A DNA stretch of 64,000 nt from an uncultured Acidimicrobiaceae bacterium. GTDB lineage: Bacteria; Actinomycetota; Acidimicrobiia; Acidimicrobiales; RAAP-2. This document shows positions 38,642 to 47,623 of the stretch, piece after piece; positions within the stretch are counted from its first letter, which is position 1, and every line of letters begins with the position of its first letter. Below the pieces are notes generated by a model that did not search any database, was not told the origin of the DNA, and was given only the letters and a program-made list of their open reading frames with translations. Where the stretch lies: assembly GCA_963704585.1 (NCBI GenBank), contig OY969919.1, forward strand, positions 2,617,621-2,681,620, read 5' to 3'. Both the position numbers and the translations under genes were made by a program.

Positions 38642-40447
38642 TTGTCTCCAAACGCTGGTCAGGCCGAGGGAGGTGGGACGACGGTCATCATCCCAGGATC
38701 GGACTTCACTCCGACGACGGCAGTGAGTTTCGGCACGAATCCCGCAGTTCCGAGCTTTACCGTAATCGATACCGATCGGAAAATCACCGCGGTGTCGCCG
38801 GCGGGGACCGGCACCGTCGACGTGACCGTGACGACGGTCGCCGGCACATCCGTGACGTCAGAAGCAGACCAGTTCACGTACGCACCCGTCCCGACCGTGA
38901 CGTCGGTCTCGCCATCGCAGGGTGCGGCGACCGGGGGCTCGACCATTGTCGTTTCGGGAACCGGTTTGACCGGAGCATCGCTCGTGTCGTTCGGTTCGAG
39001 CGCGGCGTCGTTCAGCGTCGACAGCGCCACGTCGATCACCGCGACCGTGCCGGCGGGCTCCCCCGGAACGGTTGACGTGACAATCACGACACCAGGAGGA
39101 ACGTCGAACACCTCGTCGTCTGACGAGTACACATACGTTGCCGCCCCCTCCGTCACGAACATCTCGCCAAACTCCGGACCCTCGGTCGGCGGCACCGACG
39201 TGACGATCACAGGGACCGGATTCATCGGGGTCTCATCGTCAACTGGTGTCCATTTCGGGTCGCCTGCGGCGACCGCTATCACCGTCATGAGCCCCACGTC
39301 GATCACCGCAACTGCTCCGCCCGGCACGGCCGGCACGGTCGACGTCACCGTGACCGGCACGGGTGGCACGTCGCCCACGTCGCCGTCTGACGAGTACACC
39401 TACGTCGGCGGACCGACCGTCACAGCGATCTCACCGAGCTACGGTCCGACGGCCGGCGGCACGACCGTGACTATCTCTGGCACGAACTTCGTCGGCGTCT
39501 CGACCTCGACGGGCGTCATGTTCGGCTCGACTCCGGCGACCGGCGTCACCATCACGAACGCGACCTCCATCACGGCCACGTCACCGCCCGGAGCGGCCGG
39601 CACGGTCGACGTCACCGTGACCGGCATGGGTGGCACGTCGTCGGCCGGCCCGGGTGCGCGCTTCACGTACACGGCGTCGCCCTTGCCACAGCGCACCGGT
39701 TACTGGCTCGTGGCTTCGGACGGCGGCGTCTTCTCCTTCGGCGGCGCGGCCTTCTACGGCTCGGCCGGGAACCTCGTCCTCAACGAGCCTGTTGTGGGAG
39801 CGGCAACGACGCCGGACGGCAATGGGTACTGGTTGGTCGCATCCGACGGCGGCGTGTTCACCTACGGCGACGCGGGCTTCTACGGATCGACGGGCAATCT
39901 GGTCCTCAACGAGCCCATCGTGGGCATGGCCACGACCGCCGACGGGCGCGGCTACTGGTTGGTGGCAGCAGACGGCGGGATCTTCGCGTTCGGTGACGCC
40001 GCATTCCACGGATCGGCCGGTGACCTGATCCTCAACAAGCCGATCGTGGGCATGGCCGCGACACCGGACGGCGGGGGCTACTGGCTCGTCGCAACCGACG
40101 GTGGTGTCTTCGCCTACGGCGACACAGCGTTCTACGGCTCTGCCGGCAACCTCGCACTGAACAAGCCGATCGTCGGGATGGCGGAGGTGCCACAGGGCAA
40201 TGGCTACTGGTTGGTCGCGTCCGACGGTGGCGTGTTCACCTACGGCGGTGCCGAGTTCTACGGCTCGACCGGCGACATGCGGTTGAACGAGCCGATCGTC
40301 GGGATGTCGGCCACGCCCGACGGGGGTGGCTGCTGGCTCGTCGCCTCGGACGGAGGGATCTTCTCGTTCGGCGACGCCGTCTTCTACGGCTCGACCGGTG
40401 CGATGGTCCTCAACAAGCCGATCGTGGGCATGGCTGCACTCGGATGA
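38642..40447 (+). CDS. Four IPT/TIG domains + six 40-aa GYWLVASDGGVF repeats. No signal peptide or good start; probably the detached 3' part of the upstream gene.
   Basis: The ORF opens with TTG directly inside an IPT domain (SPNAGQAEGGGTTVIIPGSDF). It is in frame with ORF 38426..38632 across a single TGA (38630-38632). Confidence 0.7.
   Translation: MSPNAGQAEGGGTTVIIPGSDFTPTTAVSFGTNPAVPSFTVIDTDRKITAVSPAGTGTVDVTVTTVAGTSVTSEADQFTYAPVPTVTSVSPSQGAATGGSTIVVSGTGLTGASLVSFGSSAASFSVDSATSITATVPAGSPGTVDVTITTPGGTSNTSSSDEYTYVAAPSVTNISPNSGPSVGGTDVTITGTGFIGVSSSTGVHFGSPAATAITVMSPTSITATAPPGTAGTVDVTVTGTGGTSPTSPSDEYTYVGGPTVTAISPSYGPTAGGTTVTISGTNFVGVSTSTGVMFGSTPATGVTITNATSITATSPPGAAGTVDVTVTGMGGTSSAGPGARFTYTASPLPQRTGYWLVASDGGVFSFGGAAFYGSAGNLVLNEPVVGAATTPDGNGYWLVASDGGVFTYGDAGFYGSTGNLVLNEPIVGMATTADGRGYWLVAADGGIFAFGDAAFHGSAGDLILNKPIVGMAATPDGGGYWLVATDGGVFAYGDTAFYGSAGNLALNKPIVGMAEVPQGNGYWLVASDGGVFTYGGAEFYGSTGDMRLNEPIVGMSATPDGGGCWLVASDGGIFSFGDAVFYGSTGAMVLNKPIVGMAALG
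39698..40444 (+). repeat. Intragenic tandem repeat, period about 120 nt (six GYWLVASDGGVFxFGDAxFYGSxGxxxLNxPIVGMAxTPDGxx units)
   Basis: Six GYW/GCW-initiated units counted in the translation. Confidence 0.85.
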
Positions 40448-40489
40448 TGTGGCACGACGGACGGCGCCGGGAGACCGGCACCTACCGCA

Positions 40490-41704
40490 TCACCAGGTCG
40501 GTTCGGTGACGAACGACGGATCGAGCGACTCGACGGACGGTGCACCGACGAGGCGGAGCGTGCGGTCGATGTCCTGGCGAAGCACCGAGAGGATCTTCGA
40601 GACCCCTGCCTCACCTGCCGCCGCCAGTGGATAGGCCCAGGCGCGTCCGATCATGGCGGCCTTCGCGCCGAGCGCGACCGCTTTGACGACGTCGGAACCG
40701 CGGCGGAATCCGCCGTCCACGAGCACTTCGACCTGGTCGCCGACGGCGTCGAGGATCTCGACGAGGGCCGGCAGCCCTGCCGCGACGCCGTCGAGCTGTC
40801 TCCCGCCATGGTTCGAGACGATGATCGCCGAGACGCCGGCGTCGACGGCGCGCTTCGCGTCCTCGGCCGTCACGATGCCCTTGCAGATCACCGGTCCGCC
40901 GAACTCCTCGCGCATCCACGCGAAGTCCTCCCAGAGCGGCGGCCGTGTGAGCCAGTACATGAGGGCCTCGCCCTCGGACAGACGCTTGCCGTCGAGCTCG
41001 ATGCTCGACGCGTTGACCATTTCGAGCTGGAACCGGTCTCGCGCAAGGTCGAGCAGCCACCACGGATGGGCGATCGCCTGTGGCGCCATCCGGAGCATCG
41101 TGTCGCGGTCGAACGTGATCGGCGGCGAGATGCCGTACTTGTGATCGCGCTCGCGGTTCCCAGGCGTCTGCGTGTCCACGGTCACGACCAGCGCGCCGTA
41201 GCCGGCGTCGCGCGCTCGACCCACGAGCTGCTCCGCTCCGTCCCTCCCACCGAGGAAGTAGAGCTGGAACCAGACGGGTCCCGTTGCGGCCTTCGCCACC
41301 TCCTCGATGCTGTGACCCGACATCGAGCTCAAGGTGAAGATCGTTCCGGCCTTGCCGGCTGCACGCGCCCCCGCGACATCCCCCGACGGCTCCATCATCC
41401 GGGTGAACCCGACCGGGCTCAGCAGCAGTGGCATCGAGACCGGGGTGCCGAGCACGGTCGTCGCGAGCTCGGGTCCGGGGTCGCACCTGGTCACGCCCAT
41501 GCGCGGGACGAACCCCAACGATTCGATCACCTCGCGGTTGGCGGCGAGCGTCCGCTCCTCGCCGGCGGCTCCGTCGATGTAGTCGAACACCGCGGGGGGA
41601 AGCCGTCGGCGGGCGAGGCGGCGCGCGTCGGCGACGGTGTTGAGCTTCCGGAGCGTCCGCTCGAGCCGCATGTCGGAAAGCGATCGCCTGGGTCGGTCGG
41701 CCAT
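40490..41704 (-). CDS. FMN-dependent alpha-hydroxy acid dehydrogenase/oxidase (LldD / glycolate oxidase family)
   Basis: SNHGGRQLD, VLVDGGFRRGSDVVKAVALGA, WFQLY motifs. Start is ATG 41704 (or 41671). Confidence 0.88.
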   Translation of the reverse strand: MADRPRRSLSDMRLERTLRKLNTVADARRLARRRLPPAVFDYIDGAAGEERTLAANREVIESLGFVPRMGVTRCDPGPELATTVLGTPVSMPLLLSPVGFTRMMEPSGDVAGARAAGKAGTIFTLSSMSGHSIEEVAKAATGPVWFQLYFLGGRDGAEQLVGRARDAGYGALVVTVDTQTPGNRERDHKYGISPPITFDRDTMLRMAPQAIAHPWWLLDLARDRFQLEMVNASSIELDGKRLSEGEALMYWLTRPPLWEDFAWMREEFGGPVICKGIVTAEDAKRAVDAGVSAIIVSNHGGRQLDGVAAGLPALVEILDAVGDQVEVLVDGGFRRGSDVVKAVALGAKAAMIGRAWAYPLAAAGEAGVSKILSVLRQDIDRTLRLVGAPSVESLDPSFVTEPTW

Positions 41705-41905
41705 CAGAACGGCCACAGTAGGCACTGCGTTCACGCTCTGCCATTTCGTCGGGCCCGAGCCGAACGCAGCCGGCGAGCCGACGCGCCGGTCGGGAGGTGC
41801 CGCCGATCCGATGAGCCGTGAGACACGGCCGTGCACCGTCATTGACGCCTGATGACGGGCTTCCTAGTGTGCGAAGAAGAGGTCGATCGCGACGAGGGGA
41901 GGGGA

Positions 41906-43114
41906 ATGGTCACGGTCATCGCCCACGAGCTCGAGCTCCCGATCTACGACCCGACCGGTGTCGACAAGGACGATCGGCTGGAGCTCATCGCCGCCGCCCG
42001 GAGCCGGCACTGGCTCGCCCGCACACCCCTCGGCTACGCGGTCACCCGATATGAGGATGCTGCGGCCATCCTGCGCGACCGGAGGTTCCACAACGCCCTC
42101 TCCCTTCTCCCGCAGATGCACGGGATCGAGGGGACCTACCTCGAGGATCGCCGCCCGTCGATCCTCGGCATGGAGGGGGACGAGCACACCCGCCTCCGCC
42201 GGCTGGTGAATCCCGCGTTCACACCTGCAAGCGCGGATGTGCTCCGTCCGTTCATGCGGAGCGTCATCGGCGAGCTCATCGACCGTGTCGCACCGACCGG
42301 GCGGTGCGAGTTCGTCGCCGACGTCTGCGAGCCGTACCCGATCCCGATCATCTGCGAGCTGCTCGGCGCGCCACGCGAGGACTGGCAGCTCTTCTCGCAG
42401 TGGGCCACGGACATCTTCCGGATCTTCAACCAGAACCTCGCCGAGGACCTCCCGGTGATCCAACGCGCATCGGAGGCGCTCGAGGCGTACGTGCACGCGC
42501 TGATCGACCGCCGCCGCAGCGAGCCGTCGGACGACCTGCTGAGCCGGCTGATCGCGATCGAGGAGGCCGGCGACCGCCTCGACACGGACGAGCTGGTCAT
42601 GCTCGCCGAGGCGGTGCTCATGGCCGGGACGGACACCACCCGGAACCAGCTCGGATGCTGCATCGCGCTGCTCACCGCCCATCCCGATCAGTGGTCGATC
42701 TTCGTCGGGCGGCCTGAGCTCGCCCCGCGGGTCGTCGAGGAGACCATGCGCTACCTCGGCGCGGTGCAGGCCACGATCCGCGTCACGTCGGAGGACATCG
42801 AGTACCGCGACGTCCTCTTCCCGCGGGGCACCCTCATCGGCGTGTCGCTCGCGGGAGCCAACCGCGATCCCGCCACGTACGACGAGCCGGATCGCTTCGA
42901 CGTGAGCCGCGAGCCGTCAGTGCAACAGATGACGTTCGGGTCGGGGATCCACCGCTGCCTCGGTGCCCCCCTGGCGAGGGCGGAGCTCCACGAGGCGCTC
43001 GTGCTCGTGGCCGAGCGGCTGCCCGGCCTCGAGCTCGACGGGACGATCGAGTGGAAGCCCGAGACGTTCGGGATCTGGGGACCGGCCAGCCTGCCCCTGC
43101 GCTGGCACGGCTGA
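41906..43114 (+). CDS. Cytochrome P450
   Basis: Heme loop FGSGIHRCLGAPLA, I-helix AGTDTT, EETMR (ExxR). ATG 41906 follows GAGGGGAGGGG. Confidence 0.9.
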   Translation: MVTVIAHELELPIYDPTGVDKDDRLELIAAARSRHWLARTPLGYAVTRYEDAAAILRDRRFHNALSLLPQMHGIEGTYLEDRRPSILGMEGDEHTRLRRLVNPAFTPASADVLRPFMRSVIGELIDRVAPTGRCEFVADVCEPYPIPIICELLGAPREDWQLFSQWATDIFRIFNQNLAEDLPVIQRASEALEAYVHALIDRRRSEPSDDLLSRLIAIEEAGDRLDTDELVMLAEAVLMAGTDTTRNQLGCCIALLTAHPDQWSIFVGRPELAPRVVEETMRYLGAVQATIRVTSEDIEYRDVLFPRGTLIGVSLAGANRDPATYDEPDRFDVSREPSVQQMTFGSGIHRCLGAPLARAELHEALVLVAERLPGLELDGTIEWKPETFGIWGPASLPLRWHG

Positions 43115-43258
43115 GCCGCGCGGCGTCAGGGCTCGACCCGGGCGCACCGCCGAATTCTCGCTGGTCGGGTTCGCAAAGGGGTCGGCTATGTTCTCGACCG
43201 TGCGCCCCCTCGCGAGCAGCATCCCGATCCTCTTCGGCCCCGCCGGCGGTAGCTCACG

Positions 43259-43843
43259 ATGAACATCGTGGTCAGCAACGTCAAGGGTGGCGTCGGCAAG
43301 ACGACGACCTCGATCTACCTCGCGGCCGCCGCGGTGGACCGCGGCTGGGATCCCGTGGTGCTCGTGGACTCGGACCGCCAGGCGTCCTCCGCCGAGTGGT
43401 ACGACGAGCGTCCGATCGACGGGGTCGAGCTGGTCGAGGCGCCGTCGGAGCGCACCGTCGGCAAGGCCCTGGCCGGCAACAAGGGGCTCGCCGTCGTCGA
43501 CACCCCGCCCGGTGACGAGCGGATCGTGCGCGCGGCGATCGACCGTGCGGACGCGGTGGTCATCCCCACGCGGGCAGGAGGCGTCGAGTACTCGAGGGTT
43601 GCGGCGACCCTCGACCTCGTGGGGAGTCGGAGGCGCTGTGGCCTGGTGATCTGTGCTGCGAGGCTCGGGACGAACGACCTCGACGAGGCGATCGCCTGGT
43701 GGAAGGAGGCCAAAGTGCCCATCTGGGGCATCGTCCCCGAGCGGGTCGGGATCGCGTCGGGCCCCGAAGCGCGCCTCTACCGCGAAGGGCTCGACCTCTA
43801 CTCGTCGGTGTTGAAGCGGGCGGTGCGGAAGCGGGCGGCCTGA
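43259..43843 (+). CDS. Small ParA/MinD-like P-loop ATPase (194 aa)
   Basis: Deviant Walker A SNVKGGVGKTTT and Walker B-like AVVDTPPG. No ParB-like or centromere-binding gene is adjacent. Confidence 0.85.
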   Translation: MNIVVSNVKGGVGKTTTSIYLAAAAVDRGWDPVVLVDSDRQASSAEWYDERPIDGVELVEAPSERTVGKALAGNKGLAVVDTPPGDERIVRAAIDRADAVVIPTRAGGVEYSRVAATLDLVGSRRRCGLVICAARLGTNDLDEAIAWWKEAKVPIWGIVPERVGIASGPEARLYREGLDLYSSVLKRAVRKRAA

Positions 43844-43880
43844 AGGCGCCAAGGTTCCGGCCCCGGTGAGCGCCTGACCG

Positions 43881-44273
43881 TCACTCGCTCAGCGCATCCG
43901 GGCCGCTCGGCACGTCGACTGCGTGCTCCCGGAGCACCTCGAGGGGCACGATCTCGAGCGCCCGCTCATGGGTGGACGCGAGCACCACATAGGCGGCCGC
44001 ACCGTCGACGTGGGCGCGGTACCAGTTGACCGCGGTCACGCACCAGCGGTCGCCGGCAACGAGTCCCGGGAACCGGTACTGGGGCATCGGCGTGACGAGA
44101 TCGTTGCCGATGGCACGTTGGTGCTCGAGGAACTCGGCCGTCACGACCGCGCAGATGGTGTGGCTCCCGACGTCCTCCGGGCCCGTGTTGCAGCAGCCGT
44201 CGCGGTAGAAACCCGTGACCGGATCGGAGCCGCACGGCTCGAGCGGCTCCCCGATGACGTTCATTTCGCTCAC
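43881..44273 (-). CDS. DUF2237 family protein
   Basis: PLEPCGSDPVTGFYRDGCCNTGPEDVGSHTICAVVT is the characteristic DUF2237 N-terminus. Confidence 0.8.
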   Translation of the reverse strand: MSEMNVIGEPLEPCGSDPVTGFYRDGCCNTGPEDVGSHTICAVVTAEFLEHQRAIGNDLVTPMPQYRFPGLVAGDRWCVTAVNWYRAHVDGAAAYVVLASTHERALEIVPLEVLREHAVDVPSGPDALSE

Positions 44274-44333
44274 GACGTGCAGTATCGCAGGCCCACCGAC
44301 GACGCCCGAGGTGACCGGTGGGCGCCGCGCCGC

Positions 44334-45242
44334 TCAGGTCGAGCGGACGAAGTCGATCACCACTCGCGCGAGCTCGGGCCCGCGGTCCTCTTGGAGGAAG
44401 TGTCCACCGCCGGTGATCGTGGTGTGCCGCTGCCCGTTCGTACCCGGGATGCGTGCCTGCAGCGCGCGGTCGGAGCCGCCGGTGATCGGGTCCTGGTCGC
44501 TGAACGCGGTGAGGAACGGTTTCGTGAACTCGCCGAGGACCTCCCACGCCGCGCGGTTGGCGGGCGCCGCCGGATCGTCAGGTGAGATGGGCACGAGCGT
44601 CGGGAACTGGCGCGCACCCTCGGTGTACGTCTGGTCGGGGAACGGCGCGTCGTACGCGGCGATGACGTCTTCGGAGAGGTCGGTCGTGCAGCCGCCGTTC
44701 ACGATCAGTCCGGTCGGGAAGACCTCGACCTCCTGTGAGAAGGTCAGCCAATTGAGGAACGCCTCACCGGGCTGTTGATCGCCGGTCGGGAGGAAGGTGT
44801 TCGCGGCCACGACCCGCGCGAAGCGGTCGGGGTGCTCGCCGACGAGACGGAGTCCGATGAGGCCGCCCCAGTCCTGGCAGACGAGCGTCACGTCGCGGAG
44901 GTCGAGGCGGTCGAAGACGAGGCTTCGGACCCACTCCACGTGGCGCGCGTAGGTGTACTCCGTCCGCGGTGTGGGCTTGTCCGAGCGTCCGAAGCCGACG
45001 AGGTCCGGTGCGACCGCCCGCAGTCCGGCCTCGGTGAGCAGAGGGATCATCCTCCGATAGAGGAACGACCACGACGGCTCACCGTGGAGCAGCAGGACGA
45101 CAGTCCCGTCGCGAGGCCCCTCGTCGAGGAAGTGCATGCGGAGTGAGCCGCCGTCCTGGTCCGCGACGTCCGCATAGTGGGGCTCGAACGGGAAGTCGGG
45201 GAGCCCGGCGAAGCGCTCGTCGGGTGTGCGGAGGACCAGCAT
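44334..45242 (-). CDS. Haloalkane dehalogenase (alpha/beta hydrolase)
   Basis: LLLHGEPSWSFLYR, nucleophile elbow CQDWGG, C-terminal GGGHFLQED. Confidence 0.85.
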   Translation of the reverse strand: MLVLRTPDERFAGLPDFPFEPHYADVADQDGGSLRMHFLDEGPRDGTVVLLLHGEPSWSFLYRRMIPLLTEAGLRAVAPDLVGFGRSDKPTPRTEYTYARHVEWVRSLVFDRLDLRDVTLVCQDWGGLIGLRLVGEHPDRFARVVAANTFLPTGDQQPGEAFLNWLTFSQEVEVFPTGLIVNGGCTTDLSEDVIAAYDAPFPDQTYTEGARQFPTLVPISPDDPAAPANRAAWEVLGEFTKPFLTAFSDQDPITGGSDRALQARIPGTNGQRHTTITGGGHFLQEDRGPELARVVIDFVRST

Positions 45243-45577
45243 CAGTGCGCCACCTCGAAGTCGTTGTCTCCGTCGATCGCAGGAGCATCGCCGGGCCTGG
45301 TCGGCGGCCTGACCCTAACAGGACCCTTGTCCAGGGAGTCTTCCTCCGGGCCGACGTCGGATCGGGTGCGGGTCGCCGAGGGCGCGACAGAACGTACGCG
45401 CCCCCTCCGGGACGCCTGGCCTGTTGCATTCGAGCAGGGCTTCCCCTAGGTTTCGCCCTGGTTGGAGGAGCCGCACGGGGGCAAGCAGGGGCACGCTGCG
45501 TCAGCCACACGCCAAGTCGGAACGGGAGGAGCGGACCCTCGGGTCCGTGCCGATCGAAGGTCTGAGGAGAGACGTAG

Positions 45578-47476
45578 ATGAGAGCAACACGAACGCTGTC
45601 TGTTCGCCTGGCGTCGTTGGGCGGTGCAGTGGCGCTGGCATTTGTCGGCATTGTCGGGACAACCGGTCTGGTCGCCTCGGGTGGCCCGGCGGCGGCTGAC
45701 ACGTCCCCATTCACGTCGACCTGCCTCCTTGCGGCACCATTCGGATCGACGCCCTTCCCGGGCACGATCGTCACAGGAAAGATCAGTCCGAGCCCCGCTC
45801 CGGCCGGTGGAGGGTTCAGCGTCACCAATCTCGCGATCGAGCTCACGCTGCCGTCCTCGATCACGTCGCTCATACCCGGCGCGACGATCGCGGGCACGTT
45901 CACGTCGACCCTGACCGCGACCGGCGCGACGCCTTCGTCGCAAGCGGTCACCTACACGATCCCGACGACGACCATCACCAACCCGGCTCCGCCGATCGTG
46001 GCGACGGCGCCTGACGCGTCGTTCACCGCGGACGCTTCCGGTGCACCGTCGGTCTCGATCTCGACCGGCACGGCGGGGTCGTTCTCTGCCGTTCTCAACG
46101 GCACACCGGTCACTCCGCCATCAGCGTGCACGAACCCCGCGGAGACGATCGATACCGCGACGATCGCGTTGCCTGCCGGGCAGCTCTCGGCAGTGCTGCC
46201 GAACGCTGATGCGCCTGCGGGCGGGGCAACCGTGGTGATCCACGGTCGCTTCCTGAGCAATCCGACCTCGGTGACGTTCGGTGGCGTCCCGGCGACCAGC
46301 TTCAAGAGTTTGACGCAGAATTCGATCCAGGCGGTCGTGCCGCCCGGCGCCGCTGGCACAGTCGAAGTGGAAGTCACGACACCGGCCGGCGCGTCGACGA
46401 CCGTTCCGTTCACCTACACGAACGGCCCGATCGTGACCGGGGTGTCGCCGAGCACCGGACCACCGGCAGGCGGCACGACCGTCAACATCACCGGGACCGG
46501 CTTCCAGAACAATGGTGACGCGACCGTGGTCGACTTCGGCTCGACACCGGCCGCGAGCTTCACGGTCAACTCGGACACCTCGATCACCGCGGTCTCGCCG
46601 CCGGGCACCGCCGTGGCCGATGTGACGGTGACCGCACCCGCGATCGGCCCCGCTGTTCGGGAAGGGCACATCACCGGCGTCCCGACGGTCTCGATCGTGA
46701 GCCAGCAGGACAACTTCAACTACCGCGAGGGCTACTGGCTGACCGGTGGCGACGGCGGGGTGTTCAGCTACGGCAACGCGCCGTTCGAAGGGTCGGCCGG
46801 TGGTCTCACCCTCAACGCGCCGATCGTCGGGATGGCTTCGACGCCTGATGCAGGTGGGTACTGGCTCGTCGCGTCGGACGGCGGCGTCTTCTCCTACGGA
46901 GACGCTCAGTTCTGGGGCTCGGCAGGGAACCTCGTCCTCAACTCGCCGATCGTGGGTATGGCGCCCACACCGGACGGGTTCGGGTACTGGCTGGTCGCAG
47001 CCGACGGCGGCGTCTTCTCCTACGGCGACGCCTTCTTCTACGGCTCGGCCGGTGGTCTCACCCTCAACGCGCCGATCGTGGGCATGGCTGCCACGCCCGA
47101 CGGCGGCGGCTACTGGCTCGTCGCCGCCGACGGTGGCGTGTTCTCCTACGGTGACGCCGTGTTCCACGGCTCGATGGCCGGAACGCCGCTCGTGACCCCG
47201 ATCGTCGGCGTCTCGGCGACGCCCGATGGTGGCGGCTACTGGATGACCACCGGGGACGGTGGAGTGTTCAACATGGGCGATGCCGGCTACTTCGGCTCGA
47301 CCAGTGGGACCGTCATCAGCGCCCCGGTCGTCGGCCTCACGGGCAGCCCCGACGGCAACGGCTACTGGTTGGCCGCGGCTGACGGCGGCGTCTTCGCCTA
47401 TCCCGACGCCACCTTCTACGGCTCGGCCGGCGGCACGATGCTCAACGCACCCGTCGTGGGCATGGCGTCCTCCTAG
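45578..47476 (+). CDS. Secreted protein: signal peptide + two-Cys N-terminal domain + two IPT/TIG domains + six GYWLVAxDGGVF repeats
   Basis: Signal is RLASLGGAVALAFVGIVGTTGLVASGGPAAA. IPT units carry GGATVVIHG and GPPAGGTTVNITGTGF. The C-terminal repeats are paralogous to those of ORF 38642..40447. GAGGAGAG RBS. Confidence 0.85.
   Translation: MRATRTLSVRLASLGGAVALAFVGIVGTTGLVASGGPAAADTSPFTSTCLLAAPFGSTPFPGTIVTGKISPSPAPAGGGFSVTNLAIELTLPSSITSLIPGATIAGTFTSTLTATGATPSSQAVTYTIPTTTITNPAPPIVATAPDASFTADASGAPSVSISTGTAGSFSAVLNGTPVTPPSACTNPAETIDTATIALPAGQLSAVLPNADAPAGGATVVIHGRFLSNPTSVTFGGVPATSFKSLTQNSIQAVVPPGAAGTVEVEVTTPAGASTTVPFTYTNGPIVTGVSPSTGPPAGGTTVNITGTGFQNNGDATVVDFGSTPAASFTVNSDTSITAVSPPGTAVADVTVTAPAIGPAVREGHITGVPTVSIVSQQDNFNYREGYWLTGGDGGVFSYGNAPFEGSAGGLTLNAPIVGMASTPDAGGYWLVASDGGVFSYGDAQFWGSAGNLVLNSPIVGMAPTPDGFGYWLVAADGGVFSYGDAFFYGSAGGLTLNAPIVGMAATPDGGGYWLVAADGGVFSYGDAVFHGSMAGTPLVTPIVGVSATPDGGGYWMTTGDGGVFNMGDAGYFGSTSGTVISAPVVGLTGSPDGNGYWLAAADGGVFAYPDATFYGSAGGTMLNAPVVGMASS
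46729..47473 (+). repeat. Intragenic tandem repeat, period about 120 nt (six GYW… units)
   Basis: Six units counted in the translation. Same repeat family as 39698..40444. Confidence 0.85.
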
Positions 47477-47498
47477 TCGGGACGCACAAGGCTGTTGC

Positions 47499-47530
47499 GA
47501 AGGACCGGGGGTTCCGACCCCCGGTCCTTC
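47499..47530. terminator. Strong hairpin GAAGGACCGGGGGT-tccg-ACCCCCGGTCCTTC
   Basis: Perfect 14-bp stem with a 4-nt loop, 23 nt after the stop at 47476 and upstream of ilvD. The downstream tract GTCGTTCC is only weakly U-rich. Confidence 0.7.
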
Positions 47531-47623
47531 GTCGTTCCGGGCCCGTGATCGGATGTCCATCGGGATCGCGGACCGGTGAGGGGTCCGTCGGCGGTCGCGC
47601 CGCGCACGCCGTACCATGCAGGG

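Noticed and set aside
37480-40444. Regular 126-nt and about 120-nt periodicities that could be mistaken for a CRISPR or other non-coding array.
   Set aside because: The periodic units are in frame and translate to YVTN and GYW protein repeats with conserved Gly/Pro/aromatic positions. There are no unique spacers between identical repeats.
40465-40482. Weak hairpin GCCGG-gaga-CCGGC between the convergent genes at 40447/40490, and similar short GC palindromes after parA and the cupin gene, as terminators.
   Set aside because: The stems are only 5-6 bp, lack U-tracts and are indistinguishable from background GC-rich palindromes.
41852-45242. The P450 - ParA - DUF2237 - dehalogenase stretch as an integrated plasmid or ICE remnant.
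   Set aside because: No integrase, relaxase, transposase, tRNA attachment site or flanking direct repeats were seen. Composition looks like the rest of the window.
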